A program made the translations under genes and the position numbers. Source: Candidatus Moraniibacteriota bacterium (GTDB lineage: Bacteria > Patescibacteriota > Minisyncoccia > Moranbacterales > UBA2206). Taken from it: DNA of 64,000 nt. The stretch spans positions 160,474 to 224,473 of the forward strand of contig CAVZKT010000002.1 in assembly GCA_963775955.1 (NCBI GenBank). Reading direction: 5' to 3'. The notes below the pieces were generated by a model. The model was not told where the DNA came from. It worked only from the letters and a program-made list of their open reading frames with translations, and did not search any database. Positions 19,174 through 28,832 of the stretch are shown here, piece after piece (the stretch's first letter is position 1; each line of letters begins with the position of its first letter).

Positions 19174-21990
19174 ATGGAGAAACTTGATCCAATAAAAGCA
19201 GCGGGGGTAATAGGCGCGAAGCTTGGCGCGGAACTCCGAAAAAAAATTATTATTCCTCAAGAAAAAAAAGGCGTTTCTAGGGGCATTAAGGCTCCAAGCC
19301 AGGAGACTTTTACTGATGAGGATAAGAAAAAGAAAACAAAAAAAATAAAACCAAAGCTGACGGTTCTGTCAAATGAGGAAAAGGATAAACAAATCAGGAG
19401 ATTTTTTGGAAAAGACACATCTGGTGTTGTAACTGAAGAGCCCTTTCTTAATACTAAAGAAAAAATAGAGGACTATGTAAATTCAACTCAATCTGATTAT
19501 GAAAGAGAGGCCGGAATCAAATCGATGTCTTTTCAAAAGAGGATGAAAATAAAGGAAGAAAAAGAACGCAGAGAAGAGAAAAAACCAAAGGAAGCGCAAA
19601 AGATTTTGGAGAAAGATGAGGTGCTGGAAAATATTATGGCCAGAATGAAAATGGCGGCAGAAGTTGGAGATGAGGAAGAAATAAAAAAGCTGGATGAAGA
19701 AATAAAAAAACACAAAGAAGAGCTGAAAACCGGTGAAGAGCTTTTTGAGGAAGCACAGGCGCTGGATAGTGGACAGAAAAGAGCAGAATATCTTCAAAGA
19801 GAATTGGAAACTAAAAAAGTAGAAATGCAAATAGCCGAAAAAGCCTATCTGGAAAAGAGGGGTCAAAATGAAGGATTTTTGCGTAACATTGGGACTCGGT
19901 TGGGAATTAAGTCTCTTGGTCAGGCTGACTTGGAAGAGGGAGGGTTAAAAGAGGAATTTGAAAAAGCAAAAAAAGAATATGATGGCGGGCTTTCTGAATT
20001 AAAAGAATTGCAAAATCTTTTCAATGGCAGAACAAAAGAAGAAAAGCCGGAGTCGGAACTGGAAAATATCCAGCGGACGGAAAAAGAAATCTCCTCTTTG
20101 CCCGAAAAAGAAAGAAAAAAAACAGGGCTAGGCCTTAGAAATGTCGGTTTTTATGCCGAAGAACTAAAAAATAAATTTTTTGCCGGAACTATTAACCTTG
20201 CCGCCAAGAGATTGCCAAAAAGCGAGGCTAACATTGCTGAACGAGGCAGCTTTGCGCGTTTTTTAATTTCTCTTTCTGAAAATTTTAAAAAAGACGAGCA
20301 AAAGGCCAGGATGGCTATTAATAAAACCAATGAAGGAGAAGCAAAAAAATTTGCCAATGTTGGCTATTTGACCGGTAATATTTTGCGTTATGGCAGAATC
20401 GCGACTGATTTTACTAAATGGACGGTTGCGTCTCCTCTAAAATACTGGATGATGTCCGCCATGGCATTATCAAGAAGTTTTGAGGCCATAAAAGAGGCGC
20501 GGATGAAGGGAAAAAAGCTGATAGATAAAACCAGGATTCACGATGTTGATGAAGCGGCTGAAGAAGCCTGGAAAATATATAGTGAAGCCATGTCGAACAA
20601 GGATTCTGTCTCCAAGGAAGATTTAGAAAGAGCGTATACCAGAAATATTCCCCAGGATTTATTGCGCAGGCTTAACAAAAACAGTCCGGAAGTTGTTGCT
20701 GGCGGGTTTGCCCGGAATATTATCCGCTGGGACGTCAGAAAGCTTACGGAAAAAATAAATAAAAAAATAGATAACATTGAAAAGAATGACAAATTATCTG
20801 AACAAGCGAAAGAAGAACAAAAAGAAAAAATATTTGTAAAATATTCAGATTACATAAAGAGTTTTGACAGGATAGTTTCGCAAGCCGGAACAGTTGACGC
20901 TTTAGCGATGGGCGCGCAGTACCTGAAAACCGGATCAAAAGCGGTGGTCTATGGAGTGACGGCGGAAACACTGGCTGTTTTGACTCAAAAAGTTTTTGAA
21001 AATACGCCCCACATTCTTGGCGAAGTGGAAAAAATAATTCATCAGTCGGCTGAGAAAGGCGGGGGACACAGCATATCTTTTCTGGACAATACGGAAATTT
21101 CGCAGGAAGGGCACCCCTTGCATGGACCCTTTAATGAATCGCCAGGTGAAAATTTAGGAGCTGGTGAACCGTCAGGCGAGGCTGTTTTAGAAAAACCAAT
21201 TAATTTGACAGTTGAAAAGGACGGTAGCTTGGAGGGAACGTTGATTGATCATTTGGAAAAAGGCGGCATGGATCATGATGCAGCCGGAAGGCAGGCAGAT
21301 ATTTTTATTAGGCATTATGCTGATGAAAAAGGAATACCTTTTGAAAAACTGAATCATGTTTTGCCCGACCAGGAAATTGAACTTAACCCGGATGGAACAG
21401 TGAAAAGTATCCCTGGTTTTGAAAGCGCACCGGCAGACATTCCAGCGGAACCGAAAATTGAAGTCGTCCCGGATAATATCAAGGAACCGGAAATCGAAAT
21501 TGTCCCAGATAATGTTGCCGAACCGGCGCCTGAAAATTTGCCCAATCCGGCGGATAGCCATTTTGGAAGAAATGTTTCATATGTTATGGATGATCTGGAT
21601 AAGCACATTAATGAAAATACCAGTGAACTTTCCCGTCCGGAGACGCATGACGCGGAAGAGCTCGCGGCCTTTAGAGAAAAAATTGCCGATTTTGGTTATA
21701 GCAGGGGATTTTTGGAAAATTTCCGCGACTCCGTTTTTCGGGGAAATATGGAAGAGGCAACAAAATCATTTCGCAGCGCTATATCACTGGATGAAAAATG
21801 GGATAATATAAAAGGCATGAATTTTCGCGAAGCCGCGAAAAATATGAATTGGAGGGCGAGTGATAAACTGGACACCATTTTTAAATGTCTTAAGGAAACA
21901 CTGGGCAACGACGCGAGGCCGGGGGGCGGGGAAACGCTGGAAAAATGGACGGAGAGAGTATCCAAGTTGGCTATTGAAAAAACCAAATAA
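19174..21990 (+). CDS. large hypothetical coiled-coil protein (938 aa) with a K/E-rich N-terminal half, short VPDN(I/V)xEP repeats and a globular C-terminal half
   Basis: Long ORF with consistent codon usage. Repeats PKIEVVPDNIKEPEIEIVPDNVAEP. Confidence 0.55.
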   Translation: MEKLDPIKAAGVIGAKLGAELRKKIIIPQEKKGVSRGIKAPSQETFTDEDKKKKTKKIKPKLTVLSNEEKDKQIRRFFGKDTSGVVTEEPFLNTKEKIEDYVNSTQSDYEREAGIKSMSFQKRMKIKEEKERREEKKPKEAQKILEKDEVLENIMARMKMAAEVGDEEEIKKLDEEIKKHKEELKTGEELFEEAQALDSGQKRAEYLQRELETKKVEMQIAEKAYLEKRGQNEGFLRNIGTRLGIKSLGQADLEEGGLKEEFEKAKKEYDGGLSELKELQNLFNGRTKEEKPESELENIQRTEKEISSLPEKERKKTGLGLRNVGFYAEELKNKFFAGTINLAAKRLPKSEANIAERGSFARFLISLSENFKKDEQKARMAINKTNEGEAKKFANVGYLTGNILRYGRIATDFTKWTVASPLKYWMMSAMALSRSFEAIKEARMKGKKLIDKTRIHDVDEAAEEAWKIYSEAMSNKDSVSKEDLERAYTRNIPQDLLRRLNKNSPEVVAGGFARNIIRWDVRKLTEKINKKIDNIEKNDKLSEQAKEEQKEKIFVKYSDYIKSFDRIVSQAGTVDALAMGAQYLKTGSKAVVYGVTAETLAVLTQKVFENTPHILGEVEKIIHQSAEKGGGHSISFLDNTEISQEGHPLHGPFNESPGENLGAGEPSGEAVLEKPINLTVEKDGSLEGTLIDHLEKGGMDHDAAGRQADIFIRHYADEKGIPFEKLNHVLPDQEIELNPDGTVKSIPGFESAPADIPAEPKIEVVPDNIKEPEIEIVPDNVAEPAPENLPNPADSHFGRNVSYVMDDLDKHINENTSELSRPETHDAEELAAFREKIADFGYSRGFLENFRDSVFRGNMEEATKSFRSAISLDEKWDNIKGMNFREAAKNMNWRASDKLDTIFKCLKETLGNDARPGGGETLEKWTERVSKLAIEKTK

Positions 21991-22141
21991 TTAGACTATT
22001 TTAAATATATGCCCGGTAGTAGAACCTAGACTGGCCTTAGCCGTCAAAGTCGGAAGACCGGGAGGGGTACCATAATTAGTTAACAACAGAAACCTCGATG
22101 ATTATGCAGAACTAAAAATTGTCGAAGTTTCACTACCGAGT

Positions 22142-22606
22142 ATGGCGGATAATTTAAAATCAAATTTGGAGCCGATTGAAGACGCGGATTTGAATTTGAA
22201 AAATAAGTTTTTAGGAGACGCGGAAAAAATCGCGGCGGGCGGAGAAAAAAAGGAAGCGGGAAAAAAAGTGGAGACTTTGGCGTTCGGCGAAAAAGCGCCG
22301 GAAAGAAAAGAGGGCGCTGCCGAAAAGGAAGCGGTCTATTCCAAAATCTTGTCCAAAGTGAAAACAACCAAAGCGCCGGCGGACGATTCAATCGCGGACG
22401 ACGCCAAATCAACAAGCGCCGAAAGAAGCGCGGAGGCCAAAATTGAAAGACTGGTCCAACTGGCCACGCAAAAGGGCGTGATTCACGCGGTCAAGGTGGC
22501 GCGCCATTTGGATGACAATTATACCATGGATGAATTTCATGACCGGCTGATGGTCGAGGAATTGCACGACGCGCTGGTAAAAAAGGGGCTGATTAAAGAA
22601 CTGTAG
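22142..22606 (+). CDS. hypothetical A/K/E-rich protein (154 aa)
   Basis: ORF preceded by a GC-rich structured segment (22020-22080). Confidence 0.45.
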   Translation: MADNLKSNLEPIEDADLNLKNKFLGDAEKIAAGGEKKEAGKKVETLAFGEKAPERKEGAAEKEAVYSKILSKVKTTKAPADDSIADDAKSTSAERSAEAKIERLVQLATQKGVIHAVKVARHLDDNYTMDEFHDRLMVEELHDALVKKGLIKEL

Positions 22607-22639
22607 AAAATTTTAGTATAAATACAAAATTCGAAAAAA

Positions 22640-25129
22640 ATGGTTAACGCGGATTTAAATTTAATATTGACTATCCTGATTATAATATCCGGCACCGCCG
22701 CTTTGCTGTCCGGGGCCTGGCTTGTATGGCGCAGTTTTGTTCTTTTCCGCCTGCACATCAACCGTTCGCTGAATATGGATCTGGATATCATCCGGGTTTC
22801 CAGGGTTATCAAACAAAGCAATGAAAACGAAAAGCAGGAAATGTGGAAAGAAGAGATTGGAGCGATGGAGCAGCTGCTAACCTCACTGTCAACTCTCAAG
22901 GAAAGAGGCGGAATTATGCACCGCTTGCTGTATGACAATCCCTATATTTCTTTTGAAATTGCCAATTCTTCCAAAGATGAAGAAATCATATTTTTTGTCG
23001 CCATTCCCAAGAAATTCACGGAATCCGTGGAAAAGCAGATTAACAGTTTTTTCCCCAACGCGTCGCTGGAAAAGTCCAAAGATTTCAATGTTTTTGCTCC
23101 CGGCAGTTTTACGCAGGCGGCAGTTTTAAAATTAAGGAGAAAATATGTTTTTCCCATCAGAACTTATGAAAATTTGGAAGTTGATCCGCTAAATGCTATC
23201 ACCAACGCTTTGAGCAAACTGGACACAGTTGAGGAGGGAGCGGCCATTCAGCTTGTAATAAAACCGGCTAGCCCCGGCTGGCGTTCATCCGGGCGATCAA
23301 TTGCCCATAAAATGCAGCAGGGGAAAAGACTGAAAGACATTCATTCAAATTCTTATGCCATGAAGGTCGGAAAAGAGATTGGCAGCACTTTTTATGATAC
23401 TGTCGTCAAAACCAAAAAAGACGAAAGCAATCCGCTGGGTTCCAAAACAGTGCAGTTGACGCCGGAGGAGCAGGAGATGGTGAAAGGCCTGGAGCAGAAG
23501 GCGAGTAAAACCGGATTTAAGGTCAATATTCGCCTGATTGCGTCGGCTAAAACTGATGAAAGGGCGCAGCAAATTTTAGCCCAGCTTGAAAACGCTTTTT
23601 CCCAGTATGAAAACGCCGACATAAATTGTTTCCAGGTCAAAAGCCGGATTAAGGGAAAAGATATTGCTTATGATTTTATTTTCCGCAATTTTATTGAAGA
23701 ACAGGCGATGATCCTTAACACCGAAGAAATCGCGAGTATTTTTCATTTGCCGATTTCCGCCACGGAAACGCCGAAAATAAAGTGGCTCAAAGCCAACTCT
23801 GCCCCGCCGCCGCTGAATATTCCGCAAGAGGGAATAAAATTGGGATTCAATAAATACCGGGGGATTGAGACAGTTATCAGGATTTCCGATAGCGACCGCA
23901 GAAGGCATATATACGCTATCGGTCAAACTGGTGTTGGTAAATCCAACTTTCTTCAGGAAATGGCCAAGCAGGACGCCCGCGAAGGCAAAGGTTTTTGTTT
24001 TATTGATCCGCATGGCGATGCTATCGAAGATATCCTGACGGCTATTCCCAAGGAAAGAGCGGAGGATGTGATAATTTTCAATCCGGCGGATGTGGAGCGG
24101 CCATTCGGCCTTAATATGATGGAATACGACCCGGCTCATCCGGAACAGAAAACTTTTGTGATCAATGAAATGATCGGGATTTTTGACCAGTTATATGATT
24201 TGAAAACTACCGGCGGTCCGATGTTTGAACAATATATGCGAAACGCCATGCTTTTAGTGATGGAAGATCCTGAATCAGGTTCGACTTTGATGGAAATTCC
24301 AAAAGTTTTGGCCGACGAGGAATTCAGAAGAATGAAACTTTCCCGTTGCCATAATCCGGTAGTGGTGGATTTTTGGACCAAGGAAGCGGAAAAAGCCGGA
24401 GGCGAAGCTGCCTTAGCCAATATGGTGCCATATATCACTTCCAAGCTCACAACTTTTATTTCCAATGATATGATGCGGCCGATTATCGCCCAGCAGAAAA
24501 GCACGATCAATTTCCGCGACATTATGGATAACAAAAAAATCCTGCTCATCAATCTGGCTAAGGGGAGAATCGGCGAGATAAACGCCCGGCTTTTAGGCAT
24601 GGTTATTGTGGGAAAAATATTAATGAACGCGCTTTCCCGCGTGGACGTTCCCGAAGAAAATCGCACGGATTTTTATTTGTATATGGATGAGTTTCAAAAT
24701 GTGACTACCAGCTCTATCGCGCAGATCCTTTCGGAAGCCAGAAAATATCGGCTCTGCTTGATTTTAGCTCATCAGTTTATCGGCCAGCTCAAAGAGGAAA
24801 TTTCCAAAGCCGTTTTTGGCAATGTTGGCTCAATGCTTTCCTTCCGTGTCGGCCCGGAAGACGCGGAATTTCTGGAAAAACAATTTCTGCCGACTTTCAC
24901 CGCCAATGATCTGGTCAATGTGGACAATTACAATTGCTTCGCGAGAATTCTCATCAATAATGTTCTGACCAAGCCTTTCAATATGCAGACTTATCCGCCG
25001 ACCAAAGGCGACCAAAATGTCGCCAACGCGCTCAAGGAACTTTCCCGCCTCAAACACGGCCGGGATAAAGACATCGTGAACCGCGAGATTATGGAGAGGA
25101 CGAAAATGAAGCCGTTTGTAAATTCCTAG
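22640..25129 (+). CDS. membrane-anchored P-loop ATPase of the VirB4/TraC/TrbE-like (DUF87, FtsK/HerA superfamily) type
   Basis: N-terminal TM (LILTILIIISGTAALLSGAWLVW). Walker A IYAIGQTGVGKSN near residue 425. Walker B FYLYMDEFQN. ILAHQFIGQL arginine-finger-like region. ~830 aa as in VirB4. Confidence 0.6.
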   Translation: MVNADLNLILTILIIISGTAALLSGAWLVWRSFVLFRLHINRSLNMDLDIIRVSRVIKQSNENEKQEMWKEEIGAMEQLLTSLSTLKERGGIMHRLLYDNPYISFEIANSSKDEEIIFFVAIPKKFTESVEKQINSFFPNASLEKSKDFNVFAPGSFTQAAVLKLRRKYVFPIRTYENLEVDPLNAITNALSKLDTVEEGAAIQLVIKPASPGWRSSGRSIAHKMQQGKRLKDIHSNSYAMKVGKEIGSTFYDTVVKTKKDESNPLGSKTVQLTPEEQEMVKGLEQKASKTGFKVNIRLIASAKTDERAQQILAQLENAFSQYENADINCFQVKSRIKGKDIAYDFIFRNFIEEQAMILNTEEIASIFHLPISATETPKIKWLKANSAPPPLNIPQEGIKLGFNKYRGIETVIRISDSDRRRHIYAIGQTGVGKSNFLQEMAKQDAREGKGFCFIDPHGDAIEDILTAIPKERAEDVIIFNPADVERPFGLNMMEYDPAHPEQKTFVINEMIGIFDQLYDLKTTGGPMFEQYMRNAMLLVMEDPESGSTLMEIPKVLADEEFRRMKLSRCHNPVVVDFWTKEAEKAGGEAALANMVPYITSKLTTFISNDMMRPIIAQQKSTINFRDIMDNKKILLINLAKGRIGEINARLLGMVIVGKILMNALSRVDVPEENRTDFYLYMDEFQNVTTSSIAQILSEARKYRLCLILAHQFIGQLKEEISKAVFGNVGSMLSFRVGPEDAEFLEKQFLPTFTANDLVNVDNYNCFARILINNVLTKPFNMQTYPPTKGDQNVANALKELSRLKHGRDKDIVNREIMERTKMKPFVNS

Positions 25130-25189
25130 AACCCCGTTCTAGGAAAGATATTTTGGCTTGTTTAAGCCATTTAAAAAGTCAGAAGAATG

Positions 25190-25217
25190 TAAAAACGCTG
25201 TTTTCAAGCGTTTTTTG
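25190..25217 (+). terminator. intrinsic terminator after the ATPase gene
   Basis: aaaacgct-gttttca-agcgtttt followed by a T-run. Confidence 0.55.
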
Positions 25218-25227
25218 AGTTTTGGGC

Positions 25228-25256
25228 TTGACAAAAAAGCAGAAAGAGAGTATAAA
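25228..25256 (+). promoter_or_regulatory. consensus promoter TTGACA-17-TATAAA, near-identical to the one at 6428-6456
   Basis: ttgacaaaaaagcagaaagagagtataaa versus ttgacaaaagcatgaaaagagagtataat. Confidence 0.6.
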
Positions 25257-25355
25257 TAAAAGTCGCATGCTATTAAGGAGGAGCGTGCGAAAAAGGCCAT
25301 ATAAGGGTCAAGGGTCAGAAGTACTTTATAAATCATTTTTCAAAAAGGAGACACA

Positions 25356-25628
25356 ATGGAAATCGCGAAGAACTTATCGGAAGAAAGAATTCATGAAATT
25401 GCGTATGCGATATTGTTGATTGTATTGAGTAAACAGGATTTGGAACTCAACCCCGAGAAGTTAAAGCGGGAAATGGGAAATATTCCGCAAAAACTTCAGC
25501 ACATGCCTGAGCAATTCAGGGATATTTCTGCGGAAGAGCTTCAAGTAGCCACCAAGGCCGTCTGTCATGATTTAGTGGAGTATGCCTTTGGCTTTGATTT
25601 AAAAAAGAAGAAGAAATCAGGAAGGTAG
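25356..25628 (+). CDS. hypothetical protein (90 aa)
   Basis: RBS AAGGAGA 6 nt upstream; ORF behind a ~95-nt leader. Confidence 0.45.
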   Translation: MEIAKNLSEERIHEIAYAILLIVLSKQDLELNPEKLKREMGNIPQKLQHMPEQFRDISAEELQVATKAVCHDLVEYAFGFDLKKKKKSGR

Positions 25629-25780
25629 TTGGGTTAAATGAAAGCAAGGTTTGAGGTCGCAAGATCTCACTAAAAGGGTAATTGTTTCTCTCCGCTAAGC
25701 GGATATTGAACAGAATAAGAACCTTACCTCCTTTCTGGATCCAAAACGCGGGTGTTAGCACAAAATGCTGATACCCGTTT

Positions 25781-27940
25781 TTATTTCATCCCAAAAGATT
25801 TGATAGCGGTTGAAATTGCGAAGTAAATAATATTATTGATTTCATCGATGGCGAAGTTGCTGGCGTTGGCGATTTCGGAGTTGTAATATTGCGAAATAAT
25901 ATTGCCATTGAGATCAAGTTTGACGATCCGGGAATTTTTGGTATCCAGAACATATAAATTTTGGCTGTCTCTTTGCGTCCAAACTTTAGCCGGCGCGATT
26001 GGGGTGGCGGAGGTTTCTAGATTAAAATCAACTTTTTTGCTTTTGAACATTTTGGTGATAGTCGTGCCATCAGTGGCGAAAATATTGTCGCTCAAGGCGA
26101 CGGCGGAAATTCGCGACAAGTCAACCGCGTCTTTGAGCCAATTGACAGCCGTTCCAAATCCGTCGCCGGCGCGCGGATAGCGGTAAATCTGGTTATTTTT
26201 CGTGTCAATAAGATAGAGGTAGGTGAAATAGGTACCAGCCGCGGTTAGGTTTGCGTTTTCCTGAATAATAATGCTGTCAAAATTAAATTTCTTGGATACC
26301 GGACTCCAGGACAGAAGTTTGTTTTCCTGGTTAATCAAAAAAATCAAATTCAAATCGTCCATGCCGGCCGCCAATTTTATTTTTCCGAAATCTTGCGGCA
26401 GGGCAAATTTTTCCTGGTTTTCTAAGGCAATAATTTCTGCAAATGTTAGTCCAAAAAACTTACCACTCAAGTTTACAACTCCGGAGATATTTTCATTATC
26501 CAAAACATCATCCAGGTTTTCTACGCGCGTGACATTTTTGTCCTGCGCGAGTGGCACAATGGCCGGAATTTCAGCCGCCAGCTGGACATTTTTGCTCCGC
26601 ATATTTTTTTGAATTTTCAGGGCGAATAGCGGCACAAAAACAATAAACAGGACAATCAGGGCGACATAGAGGCGCTGCTGATAATTCAGGCGGGCGTTGA
26701 TTTTTTTCAACCGAGAGAAACTAGGCAGCAAAAAGGGGCCAATTTTCTTAAGATTGGCTGTGGCCGGAGCAATAAAACTCTTGAGCCTCGCAAAGTTATT
26801 TTTTTCAGGAGCGATTGTTTTTTTGGAAACCGGCGAAGGAGCGGCGGGTGAAAGCTTTGGACGCGGCCGGTGAATATTCTTAGCTATGCCGGACAATAAG
26901 CGGAAAAAAGCTTTAACCAGTTTGATAAACTTTTTCCAGAGAGTGCCTGCCAGTTCTGAAACTACAAAGAAAAATTCGGCGAATCTTTTTTGTTCCGACA
27001 TAACCCTTTCTGTTTCTTTTATATAGAGGTGGTTAGTTTTTTCCGTGGTTTCTTCCATGCTCTTTTCTGAAGTCGGGGAGAGGAAGGCATGGGCGTCTTT
27101 TGCGCCGTAGGATTCACCGGCCTCATCCCGGTTTTGCCGGCTGGATTTGGGGGACTTGGCAAAAGCCGCTGAACTGAAGGCGTTAACTGGCTCTTTTTCG
27201 GCGTAAAAAGACTGGTAAGACTCTTCTTTTTGTTTTAAATCAACAATTAAAACAGCCGCCCTTTCCAGTTCATTGCTTAAGGCGGTTTTTAAAAACTGGA
27301 CGAATTTTTCGGCAGTAAACCGCAGGGCGCTTTTCTTTATTTCTTCCGGAGAAAAAATATTAAAGATTGCTTCCGTGGTAATAATAAGTTTATCCATATT
27401 TTCCAGTTTTCCGCTGGAAATGTTGATGAAGGTTTTTAGCGGGTGGGGCTCGCTTTCAGGAGAAGCTAACCCCTCGCTGATGTTCGTCAGGCTTTTTGAA
27501 CGCAGTAAATATGCCGAAGCATTTCCAGCCTGTGAGAGATAAAGATTGTTTTTCTCAATGACTGCGATTAAAGCGTTAATTTTTCCAATCCATTTGATAT
27601 TCCCGTGCTCGGCCAGCTTTGAAAGGGCGAGATTGGCTTTATGCAGAGCGGCCTCGAAGCTTTCAATCGCTTCGCGCTTGGGGCGGGAAGAATATTCTTT
27701 TTTGATCACGGAAATCAGGTAATTGACAATGTAAGAGGAATCTTCCGAGGTGTCGGTAATTTCAAAAACGCCCAATAGCGTCCCAAGATTTTGCTGAACT
27801 ATGTTTTCGGGCTCATGGACAAAAACTTCAAAGAAGGGCTTGAGTTTTTTATTGTTGCAAACAAAAATATTCTCAAAAAATGGTTCCAGTGTTGATATTT
27901 TTTTATCCGATTTTCTTTTAGCCATAATCGTGTGGGGCAA
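25781..27940 (-). CDS. large single-pass membrane protein: N-terminal cytoplasmic PP2C/SpoIIE-like (possible) domain, TM, C-terminal extracytoplasmic beta-propeller-like repeats
   Basis: PP2C-like strings GTLLGVFEITD, SQAGNASAYLLR, AAVLIVDL. TM YVALIVLFIVFVPLFAL. C-terminal repeats (NNQIYRYPRAG..., LYVLDTKNSRIVKLDLNG...). Confidence 0.4.
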   Translation of the reverse strand: MPHTIMAKRKSDKKISTLEPFFENIFVCNNKKLKPFFEVFVHEPENIVQQNLGTLLGVFEITDTSEDSSYIVNYLISVIKKEYSSRPKREAIESFEAALHKANLALSKLAEHGNIKWIGKINALIAVIEKNNLYLSQAGNASAYLLRSKSLTNISEGLASPESEPHPLKTFINISSGKLENMDKLIITTEAIFNIFSPEEIKKSALRFTAEKFVQFLKTALSNELERAAVLIVDLKQKEESYQSFYAEKEPVNAFSSAAFAKSPKSSRQNRDEAGESYGAKDAHAFLSPTSEKSMEETTEKTNHLYIKETERVMSEQKRFAEFFFVVSELAGTLWKKFIKLVKAFFRLLSGIAKNIHRPRPKLSPAAPSPVSKKTIAPEKNNFARLKSFIAPATANLKKIGPFLLPSFSRLKKINARLNYQQRLYVALIVLFIVFVPLFALKIQKNMRSKNVQLAAEIPAIVPLAQDKNVTRVENLDDVLDNENISGVVNLSGKFFGLTFAEIIALENQEKFALPQDFGKIKLAAGMDDLNLIFLINQENKLLSWSPVSKKFNFDSIIIQENANLTAAGTYFTYLYLIDTKNNQIYRYPRAGDGFGTAVNWLKDAVDLSRISAVALSDNIFATDGTTITKMFKSKKVDFNLETSATPIAPAKVWTQRDSQNLYVLDTKNSRIVKLDLNGNIISQYYNSEIANASNFAIDEINNIIYFAISTAIKSFGMK

Positions 27941-28083
27941 AACTGCCTCAATTATAACACAGTTGCCGGCCGCAAAGAACTTGTGCCGTTATAACTTAGT
28001 CCAGTTTAATGTAAATTTAATAAATTGAATTTATCCGGAGATTTTCTAGCGCGGGCAACTAGATTGTCTAAGTTATAATGGCA

Positions 28084-28722
28084 TTAGAAAGCTTTTTCGT
28101 TTTTAAGAATCTGGCGGGCCTGGTATTTTTTATAAACAGTCAGAATCGTATAGAAAAAAATGGCGGCCGCAAAAATAATAATGCCGGCGTATTCTATGTA
28201 ATCGTTTATCTTTTCGAAGGCGTAGCCGAAAAAGTAGCCCATGGCAACCAAAAAACTGCTCCAAACAATTCCGCCCAGAAAAGACCCAAGGAAAAATTTT
28301 TGGAACTTCATGCGCACGGTTCCGGCGGCGATAAATGTGATCCAGCAAAGTCCGGTAGTTGCCTTTACGGCAAAAATTGTTTTTTTACCATGGAGTAAAA
28401 AAAGTTTTTCCAGCTTGGCCACTATTTCCGGCTTGACTTTAAGAATTCTTTCAGCTTTGGCCAAAATACGGGCGCCTCCGGCGTAGCCGATGATATAGAG
28501 AATGATATCGCCCAGAATGTCGCCCAGCATGCTTAAGCCGAAAACGATGAAAATGTTAAAAAAGCCAAGGCTGGCGGCGAAGGCGGCGAGAATGGTCGCA
28601 ATCGGCCCTTCGACAGTCATCAAAATCAGCATTGTCGGGTAGCCGATAGTTTTTATGTAAGTGAGAATTTGGGGATCTGCCAGACTTATTAAATGAAACA
28701 TTGTTTTACTGTATTTTAACAC
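28084..28722 (-). CDS. DedA-family membrane protein
   Basis: 212 aa. GYPTMLILMTVEGPIATILAAFAASLG and GLSMLGDILGDIILYIIGY match DedA/SNARE-associated family signatures. Confidence 0.75.
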   Translation of the reverse strand: MLKYSKTMFHLISLADPQILTYIKTIGYPTMLILMTVEGPIATILAAFAASLGFFNIFIVFGLSMLGDILGDIILYIIGYAGGARILAKAERILKVKPEIVAKLEKLFLLHGKKTIFAVKATTGLCWITFIAAGTVRMKFQKFFLGSFLGGIVWSSFLVAMGYFFGYAFEKINDYIEYAGIIIFAAAIFFYTILTVYKKYQARQILKNEKAF

Positions 28723-28832
28723 AAAATTAGAATAAAAAAAACAGCCGGCTTGCCTATTTGTTTGTTTCTTAATATAGGTTATAATGGTAAAAAGGAGGCT
28801 AAAAACCTTAATAATTAATAGGCTCTAAAACA

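Noticed and set aside
22020-22080. Possible SRP (4.5S) RNA or RNase P RNA in the GC-rich segment.
   Set aside because: It lacks the conserved SRP domain IV motifs (GGAA/AGCA symmetric loops, AGGAAGCAGCC) and the RNase P P4 sequence. Kept only as an unclassified structured element.
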